48,658 bases of DNA from an uncultured Bacteroides sp. (GCA_964401095.1 CAYNXG010000001.1:1-48658), one strand, 5' to 3'; shown: positions 17,931 to 28,133, numbered from the stretch's first letter. Made by a program: numbers and translations. The notes: generated by a model not told the origin, from the sequence alone.

Positions 17931-18047
17931 CATTTTGCTAAAATTTTGGAACGGCTGTTGAAAAAACTTTTTTAAGTTGACCGAGGTTATAAATAATGAC
18001 AACGCGCCCCCGCGGGCGAGTTGCACAGTTAATCCGTCCTTTATAAT

Positions 18048-19418
18048 ATGCCTCGAATTCTTACTTTCGCAGCCTTAGTGCTGATACTGTTGCCTTTGCG
18101 GGCCTCGGAGCCCGCGGTGCTTGACCGTCTTCTCCCCGAGCGCTGGACTTTCGACGGCGGCATACCGCAGCCGATGCCGTCTGACGATGCCTGGTGGAGC
18201 ACATTCGGCGACAACGTGCTCGACTCGCTCATATCCATGGGCGTCGATGCAAACTATGACGTGGCGATGGCCGCCAGGCGCATGGACGCGGCCTCGCGCA
18301 GCATCGCCGTGGCCCGTGCCGCTTACTTCCCGCAGCTCGGGCTCAACGCCTCGTACACCCGCTCGGGCACCGGCCACGAATCGGCCAACCGTTATGCTCT
18401 CGAGGCCAATATGAGCTGGGAGATAGACCTTTTCGGCAAAATCACAGCCAAGACACGCCAGAGCAAGGCCCAATACCGCGCCTCGCGCGCCGAGTGGACC
18501 GGCGCCATGGTGAGCATGGCCGGAAAGATTGCCTCGACCTACATGCAGTTGCGTGTGTGGGAAGCCGAGTTGCAGGTGGCCCGCGACCAGTCTGTGGCCC
18601 AGGATTCCATAGCGCGCATCGTGTTTGACCGATACGACTGCGGCCTCGGCGCCAAGCCCCAGGTCGACCAGGCCAACGCCCTTGTAAACACCACCCGTGC
18701 CACAATTCCCGCCCTTGAGACATCCGTCGCTACGGCCAAGGCCGCCCTGGCCCTGCTCGTAGGCCGCTATGTGCCCGAAATAGAGCCGCTGCTGTCGCAG
18801 TCGGCCGGGCTGCCCGACTATCGCCGTCTCGTGGGCGCGGGCGTGCCGTCAGAGCTGCTGCGGCGCAGGCCCGATATCGCCGTGGCCGAGGCCAACCTTG
18901 CAGCCGCGGCCGCCGCGCTGGGCATTGCCTCCAAGGAATTCCTGCCCACGCTGACGCTCGAAGGCTCGGTAGGCGTGGCCGCTCCGCGCCCCGGCGACAT
19001 GTTCACCCGCGACGGATTCGGCTATTCGGTGGCTCCGACACTTTCGTGGACCGTCTTCGACGGCATGGCACGCAGGGCCGGAGTGGCCGCGGCCCGCGAC
19101 GAGATGGAGGCCCAGCTGGCCGAGTACAACTATACGGTGATGAACGCATACATGGAGGTGGAGAACGCCATGACATCATATATAAATTATGTGAAGCAGA
19201 TCTCCGAGTACGAGCAGGCCGTCGAGTCCACTTCCGAGTTCCTGTCGCTCGAGCTCGACCTGTACCGCCAGGGCCTCGCCCCGTATTCCGACGTGGCCAC
19301 CGCCCAGCAGAACGTGCTCAACCACACCAATTCGCTCATAGTGGCGCGCGGCAACGCCCTCACCGCCCTCGTCACGCTCTATGAGGCCCTCGGAGGCGGA
19401 TTTGACTACGGCCTTTAG
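18048..19418 (+). CDS. RND efflux outer-membrane factor (TolC/OprM family)
   Basis: WWSTFGD, SWEIDLFG, PSELLRRRPDIAVAE, LYEALGGG. Confidence 0.93.
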   Translation: MPRILTFAALVLILLPLRASEPAVLDRLLPERWTFDGGIPQPMPSDDAWWSTFGDNVLDSLISMGVDANYDVAMAARRMDAASRSIAVARAAYFPQLGLNASYTRSGTGHESANRYALEANMSWEIDLFGKITAKTRQSKAQYRASRAEWTGAMVSMAGKIASTYMQLRVWEAELQVARDQSVAQDSIARIVFDRYDCGLGAKPQVDQANALVNTTRATIPALETSVATAKAALALLVGRYVPEIEPLLSQSAGLPDYRRLVGAGVPSELLRRRPDIAVAEANLAAAAAALGIASKEFLPTLTLEGSVGVAAPRPGDMFTRDGFGYSVAPTLSWTVFDGMARRAGVAAARDEMEAQLAEYNYTVMNAYMEVENAMTSYINYVKQISEYEQAVESTSEFLSLELDLYRQGLAPYSDVATAQQNVLNHTNSLIVARGNALTALVTLYEALGGGFDYGL

Positions 19419-19426
19419 CCCCGTTT

Positions 19427-20593
19427 ATGAAAAAAGACATTCAAAACCAAGATATTATGAAAAATACAGTAATATATGCCGCCTGCGCCGCGATGTTGGC
19501 CTTCCTGCCGCTATCGTGCCGTAAACAGGACAAGGACGCCTCGCGCGCGATGCCAGAGATGAGTGTCGAGGTGACGCCGGTGGTGGTGGACTCCGTGACG
19601 CTGTTCAAGCAATATCCGGGCACACTTATCGCCAACCGCAGCGTTGACATCATGGCGCGTGTCACCGGCATACTGTCGCGGCCGATGTACACCGCCGGCG
19701 ATTTTGTGCGCGAGGGGCAGCCGCTGTTCACCATCGAGTCTACGCAATACCGCAATGCCGTGGCCACGGCCGAGGCCTCGCTGGCCACCGCCCGCAGCGA
19801 CAACGAGTACGCCGAGTCGCACTATGAGGCCGTCAAGCGGGCCTACGAACGCAACGCCGTGTCGAAGATGGAGCTGTCGCAGGCCCTCAACGCCCGCGAC
19901 CAGAGCCGTGCCGCCATCAGCAGCGCCGAGGCCGCCCTGTCGGAGACGCGCAGCGAGCTGGCCAAGACAACAGTACGCGCCACCCTCGACGGCCATATAT
20001 CCATCAACGAGCTTTCCGGCGGCTCTTATGTGCAGGGCGAGGCGTCGCCCGTGAAGCTTGCCACGATTTACGACGACGCACAGGTCGTGGCCAACTTCGC
20101 CATCGAGGACCGCTCGTTCCTGCGCATGTTCGAGAACCCCAACAACCGCCATCTCATCGACTACAAGGCCATCCCCGTAAAGTTCGGCGAGCAGCTGCCC
20201 CACAGCTACACGGCCAATCTCGACTACATGGATCCCGCCGTTGACCCCTCGACAGGCACTATCCTGCTCCAGGCCGTGATAGACAACCCCTACGGCGAGC
20301 TGCGTGCCGGCATGTACTGCACAATCGACATGCCCTACAAGGTGGAGCCCGAGGCCATCCTCGTGCGCGACGCCTCGATAGGCACCGACCAGCAGGGCCG
20401 GTATGTATATGCGGTAAATGATTCAGACCGTGTGGTATATACCCCGGTAAAGACGGGCGACATGGCCAACGATTCCATGCGCGTAATCACATCGGGGCTG
20501 TCGCGCGGACAGCGGTATGTGACGTCGGCCCTGCTGAAGGTGCGCGACGGCATGACCGTGAAGCCCTACACGGCGCCGCAACCTAAAAAGTAG
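19427..20593 (+). CDS. RND efflux periplasmic adaptor (membrane fusion protein)
   Basis: Lipoprotein-like signal (LPLSC), ARVTGIL, VREGQPLFTIE, VDPSTGTI. The start may be ATG 19457. Confidence 0.93.
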   Translation: MKKDIQNQDIMKNTVIYAACAAMLAFLPLSCRKQDKDASRAMPEMSVEVTPVVVDSVTLFKQYPGTLIANRSVDIMARVTGILSRPMYTAGDFVREGQPLFTIESTQYRNAVATAEASLATARSDNEYAESHYEAVKRAYERNAVSKMELSQALNARDQSRAAISSAEAALSETRSELAKTTVRATLDGHISINELSGGSYVQGEASPVKLATIYDDAQVVANFAIEDRSFLRMFENPNNRHLIDYKAIPVKFGEQLPHSYTANLDYMDPAVDPSTGTILLQAVIDNPYGELRAGMYCTIDMPYKVEPEAILVRDASIGTDQQGRYVYAVNDSDRVVYTPVKTGDMANDSMRVITSGLSRGQRYVTSALLKVRDGMTVKPYTAPQPKK

Positions 20594-20619
20594 AACCTTA
20601 ATATCTTGTTCTCAATATC

Positions 20620-23600
20620 ATGTTCTCAAGATTTTTCATAAGGCGACCGATATTCGCCATAGTCATAGCCGTAGCCATGGTGCTGGCCGGCGTGCTTACA
20701 TACAAGAGTCTGCCCGTGGCGCAGTATCCCGACATCACGCCGCCCACGGTGATGGTGTTCGCCACATATCCCGGTGCCGACGCGCAGACCGTGGCCGAGA
20801 CCGTAGGCGTGCCTATTGAACAGCAGGTCAACGGTGTGGAGGACATGATGTACATGAGCTCGACATCCGGCTCCGACGGCTCGTATCAGCTTACCATAAC
20901 ATTCGAGGAGGGCACCGACCTCGACATAGCCACCGTGAAGGTACAGAACCGAATCAGCGAGGCCGAGCCCACTCTGCCCGCCGCCGTGAAGCAGCAGGGC
21001 GTGTCGGTGACGTCGGAATCGTCGAATCAGATTCTGTTCATATCGCTCGACAGCGACAATCCCGAGCTGTATGACGCTCTGTTCCTCACCAATTACGCCA
21101 ACCTTAACATCACCGACGAGCTGGCGCGCGTGGAGGGCGTGGGCAACGTGCAGGCATTTGGCGGCGGCGAGTATTCGATGCGTGTGTGGCTCGACCCCGA
21201 CAAGATGCGCGAGCGCGACATCACCCCGGCCGACATCGAGGCCGCAATACGCTCGCAGAACATGGAGGTGTCGGCGGGCAGCGTGGGCGCACGGCCGTCG
21301 ACGGGCAATGAGGCTTTCACATACACCGTCACCACCCGCGGACGCCTGCAGCAACCGTCGGAGTTTGCCGACATCATCCTGCGCTCCGACACCTCGGGCA
21401 ACATCCTGCGCCTGGGCGATGTGGCACATGTGGATCTCGGCTCGGAATCCTACACGCAGATAGCACGCGTCAACGGCCGGCAGACGGCCATGATAGGCAT
21501 CAGCCAGCTCCCGGGCGCCAACGCCCTCGACGTGGCCCGCGGCTGCGAGGCCAAGCTGAAGCAGCTTGCCGAATATTTCCCCAAGGGCGTGAGCTACAAC
21601 ATCATGCTCGACACCACCGACTTCGTCACGGCCTCTATCGACGAGCTGCTCATGACGTTCCTCGAGACTACTCTGCTGGTGATGCTCGTGATTCTGCTGT
21701 TCCTGCAGAACTGGCGCGCCGTCATAATCCCGATGCTCACGATTCCCGTGTCGCTCATAGCCACGCTGGCCGTAATGAAGTTCATGGGATTCACGCTCAA
21801 TACCCTTACGCTTTTCGGCCTTGTGCTGGCCATAGCGATCGTGGTGGACGATGCGATAGTGGTGGTCGAGGACTGCTCGCGACTGCTCGACAGCGGCAAG
21901 CTGACGCCGCGCCAGGCCGCCGAGAAGGCCATGACCGAGCTGCAGGGCCCGGTGGTGGGCGAGGTGCTGGTGCTGCTGTCGGTATTCATCCCCACGGCCA
22001 TGGTGAGCGGCATCACGGGCCAGCTGTACAAGCAGTTTGCCCTGACCATTGCGGTGTCGACGGCCTTCTCGGGCTTCAATGCCCTCACGTTCACGCCCGC
22101 CATGTGCGCGCTGTTCCTGAAACCTGCCAAAGAGTCTAAATTTGTCATATACCGCTGGTGGAACAAGGCCTTCGGGGCCACCCTCGCCGGCTATATGAAG
22201 GTGGTGGGCGCGTTCCTGCGCAGGCCCCTCGTGGCCATCGCCGCCTATTTCATCATTACGGGTGTTGCCTTCTGGGGCTTCCTCAAATGGCCGACGTCCT
22301 ACGTGCCGTCTGAGGACATGGGCTATTTCCTGTCGTCGGTACAGCTGCCCACGGGCGCGTCGCTTGACCGCACCGACCGTATCGTCACCGAATATTCGTC
22401 GCGCCTCAAGGAGGTGCCCGGCGTCAAGGACGTCATGGCTGTCAGCGGCATGTCGTTCATGGGCGGCGGCTCCAGCTCCAATCTCGGCTCGGTGTTCGTG
22501 ATTCTCGAGCCGTGGTCGCAGCGCAAGTCTAAGGACGAGAGCATCGATGCCATCATAGCCCGCGCCAACGAGATAGGCGCATCGATGCAGGAGCCGGTGA
22601 TATTCTCGCTTAACCCGCCGGCCATCCCCGGCCTGGGCCTCACCTCGGGCCTGGAGATGCAGCTGCTCGACATAAACAACCACGGCGCATCGCAACTCAA
22701 GCAGGCCCTTGGCGCCATACAGGAGGCCGCGCACAACGACAGCCGCATAGCCTCGGTGACATCGCTCTTCGAGGGCGAGGTGCCGCAGTATTCCCTTAAA
22801 ATCGACCGCAACCGCGCCAAGATGCAGAATCTTACGCTCGAAGACATATATTCGACGCTTTCGGCCTTCATGGGCGGCGCCTATGTCAACGACTTCGTCG
22901 ATTTCGGGCGCGTGTTCCAGGTTAACATCGCTGCCGCAGGCGACGCCCGCAGCCGCGTGGGCGACGTGCTGAACCTTACCGTCCGCAACGCCGACGGCAA
23001 GATGGTGCCTTTCTCGGCCTTTGCCGAGATGGAGCCTTCGATGGGCGCGCCTACCGTGGCCCGATACAACATGTACACCACGGCCTCGCTTACGGCCACT
23101 CCCGCCAAGGGCGTGAGCTCGTCGGACGGCATCAAGGCCATGGAGGATATCGTAAGACAGGCCGTGGGCGACAATTACGGCTACGCCTGGACGGGCGAGG
23201 CTTATCAGGAGACTCAGGCCGGCACCACGATAACATTCGTGCTCATCCTGGCCATCATAGTGACGCTGCTTGTGCTCGCCGCACAGTATGAGAGCCTTAC
23301 CGACCCCGTGGCTGTCATAATTGCCATGCCTACGGCCATTCTCGGCACCGTGGCGGGCTGTATATTCATGGGCCAGAGCATATCGGTGTACACGCAGATA
23401 GGCATAGTGTTGCTGCTGGGCCTTTCGGCCAAGAACGCCATCCTTATCGTCGAGTATGCCATGGACTACCGCCGCGCGGGACAGTCGATACGTCAGGCGG
23501 CCCTCGATGCCGGCCGCGTGCGCTTCCGTCCCATCATGATGACGGCCCTGGCCTTTGTGCTTGGCGTAATGCCCATGCTGTTTGCCACCGGTGCGGGTGC

Positions 23601-23799
23601 AGCCTCGCGTGTGTCGCTGGGCACGGCGGTGGTGTTCGGCATGGCTGTCAACGCTGTGGTAGGCACGCTGTTTGTCCCCAACTTCTGGGAATTGCTGCAA
23701 CGGTTTGGCGAGAAGTATCTCTACGGATTCTTCAACGGCGGCGCGCCCTCGGCCCCGCCCTCAACGCCGAAGTCGGGCTCCGATGACGAAAATGTATGA
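20620..23799 (+). CDS. RND efflux permease, HAE1 (AcrB-like)
   Basis: FFIRRPIFA, LPVAQYPDITPP, VVDDAIVVVE, AKNAILIVE, RFRPIMMT; 1059 aa. Confidence 0.96.
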   Translation: MFSRFFIRRPIFAIVIAVAMVLAGVLTYKSLPVAQYPDITPPTVMVFATYPGADAQTVAETVGVPIEQQVNGVEDMMYMSSTSGSDGSYQLTITFEEGTDLDIATVKVQNRISEAEPTLPAAVKQQGVSVTSESSNQILFISLDSDNPELYDALFLTNYANLNITDELARVEGVGNVQAFGGGEYSMRVWLDPDKMRERDITPADIEAAIRSQNMEVSAGSVGARPSTGNEAFTYTVTTRGRLQQPSEFADIILRSDTSGNILRLGDVAHVDLGSESYTQIARVNGRQTAMIGISQLPGANALDVARGCEAKLKQLAEYFPKGVSYNIMLDTTDFVTASIDELLMTFLETTLLVMLVILLFLQNWRAVIIPMLTIPVSLIATLAVMKFMGFTLNTLTLFGLVLAIAIVVDDAIVVVEDCSRLLDSGKLTPRQAAEKAMTELQGPVVGEVLVLLSVFIPTAMVSGITGQLYKQFALTIAVSTAFSGFNALTFTPAMCALFLKPAKESKFVIYRWWNKAFGATLAGYMKVVGAFLRRPLVAIAAYFIITGVAFWGFLKWPTSYVPSEDMGYFLSSVQLPTGASLDRTDRIVTEYSSRLKEVPGVKDVMAVSGMSFMGGGSSSNLGSVFVILEPWSQRKSKDESIDAIIARANEIGASMQEPVIFSLNPPAIPGLGLTSGLEMQLLDINNHGASQLKQALGAIQEAAHNDSRIASVTSLFEGEVPQYSLKIDRNRAKMQNLTLEDIYSTLSAFMGGAYVNDFVDFGRVFQVNIAAAGDARSRVGDVLNLTVRNADGKMVPFSAFAEMEPSMGAPTVARYNMYTTASLTATPAKGVSSSDGIKAMEDIVRQAVGDNYGYAWTGEAYQETQAGTTITFVLILAIIVTLLVLAAQYESLTDPVAVIIAMPTAILGTVAGCIFMGQSISVYTQIGIVLLLGLSAKNAILIVEYAMDYRRAGQSIRQAALDAGRVRFRPIMMTALAFVLGVMPMLFATGAGAASRVSLGTAVVFGMAVNAVVGTLFVPNFWELLQRFGEKYLYGFFNGGAPSAPPSTPKSGSDDENV

Positions 23800-23829
23800 C
23801 ATTATCGGGCTTATTACAGCCAAAAACAC

Positions 23830-23837
23830 TAACTTTG
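23830..23837 (+). promoter_or_regulatory. -7 promoter element of the DEAD-box helicase
   Basis: TAACTTTG, 19 nt before ATG 23857. Confidence 0.55.
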
Positions 23838-23856
23838 CAATTCTAAATTATAATAT

Positions 23857-25575
23857 ATGACATTTGAAGAACTTGGAGTGAGGCCCGACCTCCTCAAAGG
23901 CATAGCCGAAATGGGTTTCGAGACCCCGATGCCGGTGCAGGAGAAGGTCATACCGTCGCTGCTCGGCGGTGACCGCGACCTGGTGGCGCTGGCCCAGACC
24001 GGTACAGGCAAGACCGCCGCTTTCGGTCTGCCGCTGATACAGCGCGTCGATGCCGCCTCGCTCACCACGCAGGCCCTGGTGCTCGCTCCCACACGCGAGC
24101 TGTGTCTGCAGATAGCCGGCGATCTGGCCGACTTTTCAAAATATTCGCCCGATATACACATTCTGCCCGTCTACGGCGGATCAAGCATACAGAGCCAGAT
24201 CAGCGCCCTGCGCCGCGGCGTACAGATTATAATAGCCACTCCCGGCCGCCTTATCGACCTGATAGGCCGCGGAGTGGTCAATCTCGACAACGTGCACACC
24301 GTCGTGCTCGACGAGGCCGACGAGATGCTCAATATGGGCTTTGTCGACTCTATTAACGACATCCTGGCACATGTCCCCGAAAACCGCAAGATGCTGATGT
24401 TCTCGGCCACCATGCCTCCCGAGGCCTCGCGCATAGCCGGAAAATACATGCACGACCCCGAGGAAATCGTTATCGGCATCCGCAACGAGGGCGCCAAGAA
24501 CGTGCGGCATATCTACTATATGGTTAATGCTCGCGACAAATATCTGGCATTGAAGCGTATAGCCGACGATTCGCCCAATATTTACGCCATAATCTTCTGC
24601 CGCACGCGCCGCGACACACAGGAGATTGCCGACAAGCTCATCGCCGACGGCTATAACGCCGACGCCCTGCACGGCGACCTCTCGCAGCAGCAGCGCGACA
24701 TGGTGATGAAGAAGTTCCGCGACGGCGTCACCTCGCTGCTCGTGGCTACCGACGTGGCCGCCCGTGGCCTCGACGTGGACGATCTGACACACGTTATCAA
24801 CTATGGCCTGCCCGACGACACGGCCGTCTACACCCATCGCTCGGGCCGCACGGGCAGGGCGGGCAAGACCGGTGTGTCGATTGCGATAATCCACTCGCGC
24901 GAGAAGGGCCGCCTGCGCGAGATAGAACGCATAATCGGCAAGAAATTCGAGCGCAAGGAGGTGCCCACACCCCAGCATATCATAGAGAAACAGCTCTACA
25001 ATCTCGCCGACCGCATCGAGCGTACCGACGTGGACGACAGCCAGGTGGAGGCATATATGCCCGGCGTGCTCAAAAAGCTGTCGTGGCTGTCGACCGAAGA
25101 CCTGCTGAAGCGTCTGCTCACTCTCGAATTCCGCCGTCTGCTCAATTACTATAAGGACGCGCCGAAAATCGATGTAATCGACGAAAAGCCTGTGCGCGAG
25201 AAACGCGAGAAAGGAGCCGGCAAGGGCGTCCCGCAGGACAAGGACCGCCGCACCGCCGAGAAGGGTATGGCCCGCCTGTATATCAGCGCCGGCAAGGCCG
25301 ACGGCTTCTATGCCGGCAACCTCATTGAGCTTATCAACCACAATGTGCAGGGACAGCGTGTCGACGTGGGCCGTATCGACCTCATGCCTTCATACTCGCT
25401 TTTCGACGTGAAAAAGGGCGATGCCCCGCGTGTGGTGGCCGCCCTCAAGGGTGCGGATTTCTACGGCCGGCGCCTCTACTGCGAGGTGGCCGAGGAAGGG
25501 AAAGACTATGGCAGCGCCTCCACCCGCAAAACCCGCTCAAAGGCAAAGCCCAAAGGCCGCACCCCCCGCCGCTGA
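23857..25575 (+). CDS. DEAD-box RNA helicase (DeaD/CshA-like) with DbpA-type C-terminal RNA-binding domain
   Basis: AQTGTGKT, PTREL, TPGR, DEAD, SAT, ARGLD, HRSGRTGRAG. Confidence 0.95.
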   Translation: MTFEELGVRPDLLKGIAEMGFETPMPVQEKVIPSLLGGDRDLVALAQTGTGKTAAFGLPLIQRVDAASLTTQALVLAPTRELCLQIAGDLADFSKYSPDIHILPVYGGSSIQSQISALRRGVQIIIATPGRLIDLIGRGVVNLDNVHTVVLDEADEMLNMGFVDSINDILAHVPENRKMLMFSATMPPEASRIAGKYMHDPEEIVIGIRNEGAKNVRHIYYMVNARDKYLALKRIADDSPNIYAIIFCRTRRDTQEIADKLIADGYNADALHGDLSQQQRDMVMKKFRDGVTSLLVATDVAARGLDVDDLTHVINYGLPDDTAVYTHRSGRTGRAGKTGVSIAIIHSREKGRLREIERIIGKKFERKEVPTPQHIIEKQLYNLADRIERTDVDDSQVEAYMPGVLKKLSWLSTEDLLKRLLTLEFRRLLNYYKDAPKIDVIDEKPVREKREKGAGKGVPQDKDRRTAEKGMARLYISAGKADGFYAGNLIELINHNVQGQRVDVGRIDLMPSYSLFDVKKGDAPRVVAALKGADFYGRRLYCEVAEEGKDYGSASTRKTRSKAKPKGRTPRR

Positions 25576-25598
25576 CCCCGCGCCACCCCGCCGCAAAA

Positions 25599-25649
25599 AT
25601 AAAACAGCATCCCGAAAGTTCAACCGCAACTTCCGGGATGCTGTTTTAT
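25599..25649. terminator. Bidirectional intrinsic terminator
   Basis: ATAAAACAGCATCCCGAAAGTT...AACTTCCGGGATGCTGTTTTAT, between convergent genes. Confidence 0.85.
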
Positions 25650-25650
25650 G

Positions 25651-25680
25651 TAGGGAGGGACAGTTTTTTATTTCAATCAT
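25651..25680 (-). pseudogene. Ten-codon remnant of a HipA/HipT-like kinase toxin gene
   Basis: ATG at 25680-25678 overlaps the 3' end of the HipA-N gene and reads MIEIKNCPSL, then runs into the terminator. This resembles, from memory, the xxxxxCPS start of Bacteroidales split-HipA kinases. Confidence 0.5.
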
Positions 25681-26002
25681 AGGTGATTTTCCTGACATTT
25701 ACGGCTCCTATGAAATCTTTATCTGCCATTGCCACGAGCAGGCTGAATAAATCTGTCTCGTCTATTCTCAGTGAGCGGCATATAACGCGTCGGTTGCCGC
25801 CTTCGGGGAGCATGTTTGTGAAAAAGGGAAAGAGGTATTCGGATTTGTAGGCCTCCGCGCGCTTGGGCAATGTCACTGAAACGGGCGGATTGGAGGAATT
25901 GAGATATTCTTCATAATATTGAAAAATATAACCTCTCCCGGGGTGTTCCTCTGTCAGCACTCCGGCTTTTGTATCATTAAGGTAAACTGCCAGTTGTCTC
26001 AT
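25673..26002 (-). CDS. HipA N-terminal-domain (Couple_hipA / HipS-like) protein
   Basis: VYLNDTKAGVL, YIFQY, VSVTLP, LFPFFTNMLPEG, DFIGAV. ATGA overlap with the upstream HTH gene. Confidence 0.9.
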   Translation of the reverse strand: MRQLAVYLNDTKAGVLTEEHPGRGYIFQYYEEYLNSSNPPVSVTLPKRAEAYKSEYLFPFFTNMLPEGGNRRVICRSLRIDETDLFSLLVAMADKDFIGAVNVRKITYD

Positions 26003-26199
26003 ATAGTCTGTCTTACACGGTATTCAATTTCCATTCCGAGAACTTCAAGTATTTTCTTTACGGTGCTCAGCGCGGGATTGCCTTTGCCGCGCTCGATGTC
26101 CTTGACTGTGGCGAGCCCCACCTGTGCCATCTCCGCAAGGTCCTGTTGGGTAATGGATAGAAATTCCCGCCGCTGTTTCATTATATCCTTTAGCTCCAT
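25999..26199 (-). CDS. HipB-like XRE antitoxin/regulator, 66 aa
   Basis: Start reassigned to MELKDIMKQRRE (downstream of the promoter). HTH ITQQDLAEMAQVGLATVKDIERGKGNP. Confidence 0.88.
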   Translation of the reverse strand: MELKDIMKQRREFLSITQQDLAEMAQVGLATVKDIERGKGNPALSTVKKILEVLGMEIEYRVRQTI

Positions 26200-26279
26200 A
26201 GTCTGATATAGTATACTTTTTCGCAAAAGTAGCAATAAAACTTGATGTATCCAAACAAAAGTATGATAAATTATACTTT
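26200..26279 (-). promoter_or_regulatory. hipB-like promoter flanked by two 20-bp operator-like repeats
   Basis: Minus strand: TTTG (26255-26252), 20 nt, then TACTTTTG (26231-26224). Repeats AGTCTGATATAGTATACTTT (26200-26219) and AGTATGATAAATTATACTTT (26260-26279) are 17/20 identical. Confidence 0.65.
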
Positions 26280-26312
26280 CGAGGTTTCGGCGCGTGGCAG
26301 GTAGATAATAAA

Positions 26313-26353
26313 AACAGGAGGTAAACACCTGCGGTGGATGCTTACCTCCTGTT
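26313..26353 (-). terminator. Intrinsic terminator of the TPR lipoprotein gene
   Basis: AACAGGAGGTAA...TTACCTCCTGTT, a 12-bp inverted repeat followed by a T-run on the minus strand. Confidence 0.75.
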
Positions 26354-26373
26354 CTATAGGTTGATGTTTAAAA

Positions 26374-28065
26374 TCAGTTGAGAGCCTTCGAGAGGTTGAA
26401 GTTGCGGAATTCGAGATCCTTGCGGGCCTTGTCGGCGAGCTTGGAGTCGAGACGGATAGCCTGACGGAGGTTGGTGTTGAGCATGGGCTCGTTGTTGGTG
26501 CGGGCGCCGAGGACAGCCATCAGATAGTATGTGGTGGCGTCGGGAGTGGTGATGCCTGCGAGGGTCTGCTTGGCCTTGCTGTAGTCTTTGGTGAGAATCT
26601 GTGCGAGGGCGGCGTTGTTGCTCTTGCTGTCGCCGAATGCGCGTGCTGCGGCTGCGTTGTCGCCGGTCTTGAGGTAGTAAACGCCGAGGGCGTCGTTGAG
26701 TTCGCTCACACCTGCGGCGGTGCCGAAGAGCTGGTTGGCGCGGTTATAGTCGCCGTTGAGGAGCTCTACGAGGCCGAGGTTCATCGAGGGCTCGTTGCTG
26801 CCGGCGGGGGCGAGCTGGGCGGCCTTCTTGAACGAGTTCTGAGCAGCCTTGTAGTCGCGGTCTACGTACTGTGTGAGGCCGAGGTCGTTCCAGCAACGGT
26901 AGTCGTTGGGATAGATGCGTACGGCAGAGTCGTAGATTTTCATGCGGGCGTTGTTGTCGTCGGTGAGGGTGGCGGCGTAGAGGAGTTCTTCTACGGTGAG
27001 GTCCTGAGGATTCTTGGCGGCGAGCTCGGTGATTTCAGCGTCGCTCTTGCCGATCACGTTGATTGAGGCTGTGATGCGCGAGTAGCGGAGCTGGGGCAGG
27101 ATCTGCTCGGCGAGCTGCTCGAACACGTTGGAGAGGTTGCGGATTTCGCGCATGCGCTGCTCGGGATCCTTGTACATCTGAAGAACGCTGAGGATGAGGT
27201 CCTTGTCCTGGATGTTGCTCTGCGACACGAGGCGCTGGAAGCCTTCCCAGTCTTCGGGGGTGAACTGAGCGGTGAGTTCGCCGAATTCGGTGATTTTATC
27301 CTTTTTGAGCTGGTCGGTGAGATATTTCTTTGTCGACTTTTCGCGGTTGGCGGCGAGGGGCTCGTTGATGGCGAGACCACCGTCGGGCGATGCGAATGAC
27401 TTGATGTTGAGTTCTTCGATCTCGCGGTTGTCAGCGGCGGCAGCCTCGATGATTTCCTTGCGGAGCTCGATCATGGCGTCGGTGTTGAGCTGATTGGCGC
27501 GGATGTTGGCGCGGTTGATGAGGAACATGATGTCAGCGGCATACTTCTCGTTGATGATGCGCTGGAATGCGTCGGGGGCGATGGCGGGAGTAACGGTAGC
27601 GGCATCGGCGAGGGCGGCTGTGGCCACTACGCCGTCGGCAACCTTGACGCGGGGCAGTACATACTGCTTTTTGCCCTGGGTGACGGTGAAGGCGAGCTCC
27701 AGCTGGCTCTTGGCCATGTCGGGGTTGTAAGCAAAGCGGGCGGGAATGTTGAATGTGCCGCCGTATTCATACGATACCACGGGAGCATTGCCGCGCACTT
27801 TCTCGCCCTGGAAGGCATAGGGCTGCGAAGCGGTCTCCGTGCCGTTATATACGAGATAGGGGGTGACGGTCACCTCGGCGTTTTTAAGGAAGAATTTAGC
27901 CGGAACGCGGGCGGTGATCTGAGCGGGAACCTTTTCGCCGACTACTTCCAGGGGATTAGGATTAACAGTAAAGTTGTCGGCACTGAATTGTCCGAGCTTC
28001 TTGCCGCACGATGACAGGGCAAGAGCGGCGCCAAGCGCTACGACACAGCATACTTTGCTTTTCAT
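26374..28065 (-). CDS. Conserved Bacteroidales lipoprotein with an OmpA-like domain and TPR repeats
   Basis: Lipobox LSSC; SFASPDG...NEPLAANR (OmpA-like peptidoglycan-binding pattern); TPR-like helices (WNDLGLTQY, MNLGLVEL, DALGVYYL). Confidence 0.82.
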   Translation of the reverse strand: MKSKVCCVVALGAALALSSCGKKLGQFSADNFTVNPNPLEVVGEKVPAQITARVPAKFFLKNAEVTVTPYLVYNGTETASQPYAFQGEKVRGNAPVVSYEYGGTFNIPARFAYNPDMAKSQLELAFTVTQGKKQYVLPRVKVADGVVATAALADAATVTPAIAPDAFQRIINEKYAADIMFLINRANIRANQLNTDAMIELRKEIIEAAAADNREIEELNIKSFASPDGGLAINEPLAANREKSTKKYLTDQLKKDKITEFGELTAQFTPEDWEGFQRLVSQSNIQDKDLILSVLQMYKDPEQRMREIRNLSNVFEQLAEQILPQLRYSRITASINVIGKSDAEITELAAKNPQDLTVEELLYAATLTDDNNARMKIYDSAVRIYPNDYRCWNDLGLTQYVDRDYKAAQNSFKKAAQLAPAGSNEPSMNLGLVELLNGDYNRANQLFGTAAGVSELNDALGVYYLKTGDNAAAARAFGDSKSNNAALAQILTKDYSKAKQTLAGITTPDATTYYLMAVLGARTNNEPMLNTNLRQAIRLDSKLADKARKDLEFRNFNLSKALN

Positions 28066-28101
28066 AATTGTGATTGAAATTGATAAGAAATTATTCTTCT
28101 A

Positions 28102-28133
28102 CAAAGTTAGTCCAAAAATCGGCCGTTGGCAAA
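28102..28133 (-). promoter_or_regulatory. Consensus promoter of the TPR lipoprotein gene
   Basis: Minus strand: TTTG (28133-28130), 20 nt, then TAACTTTG (28109-28102). Confidence 0.7.
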
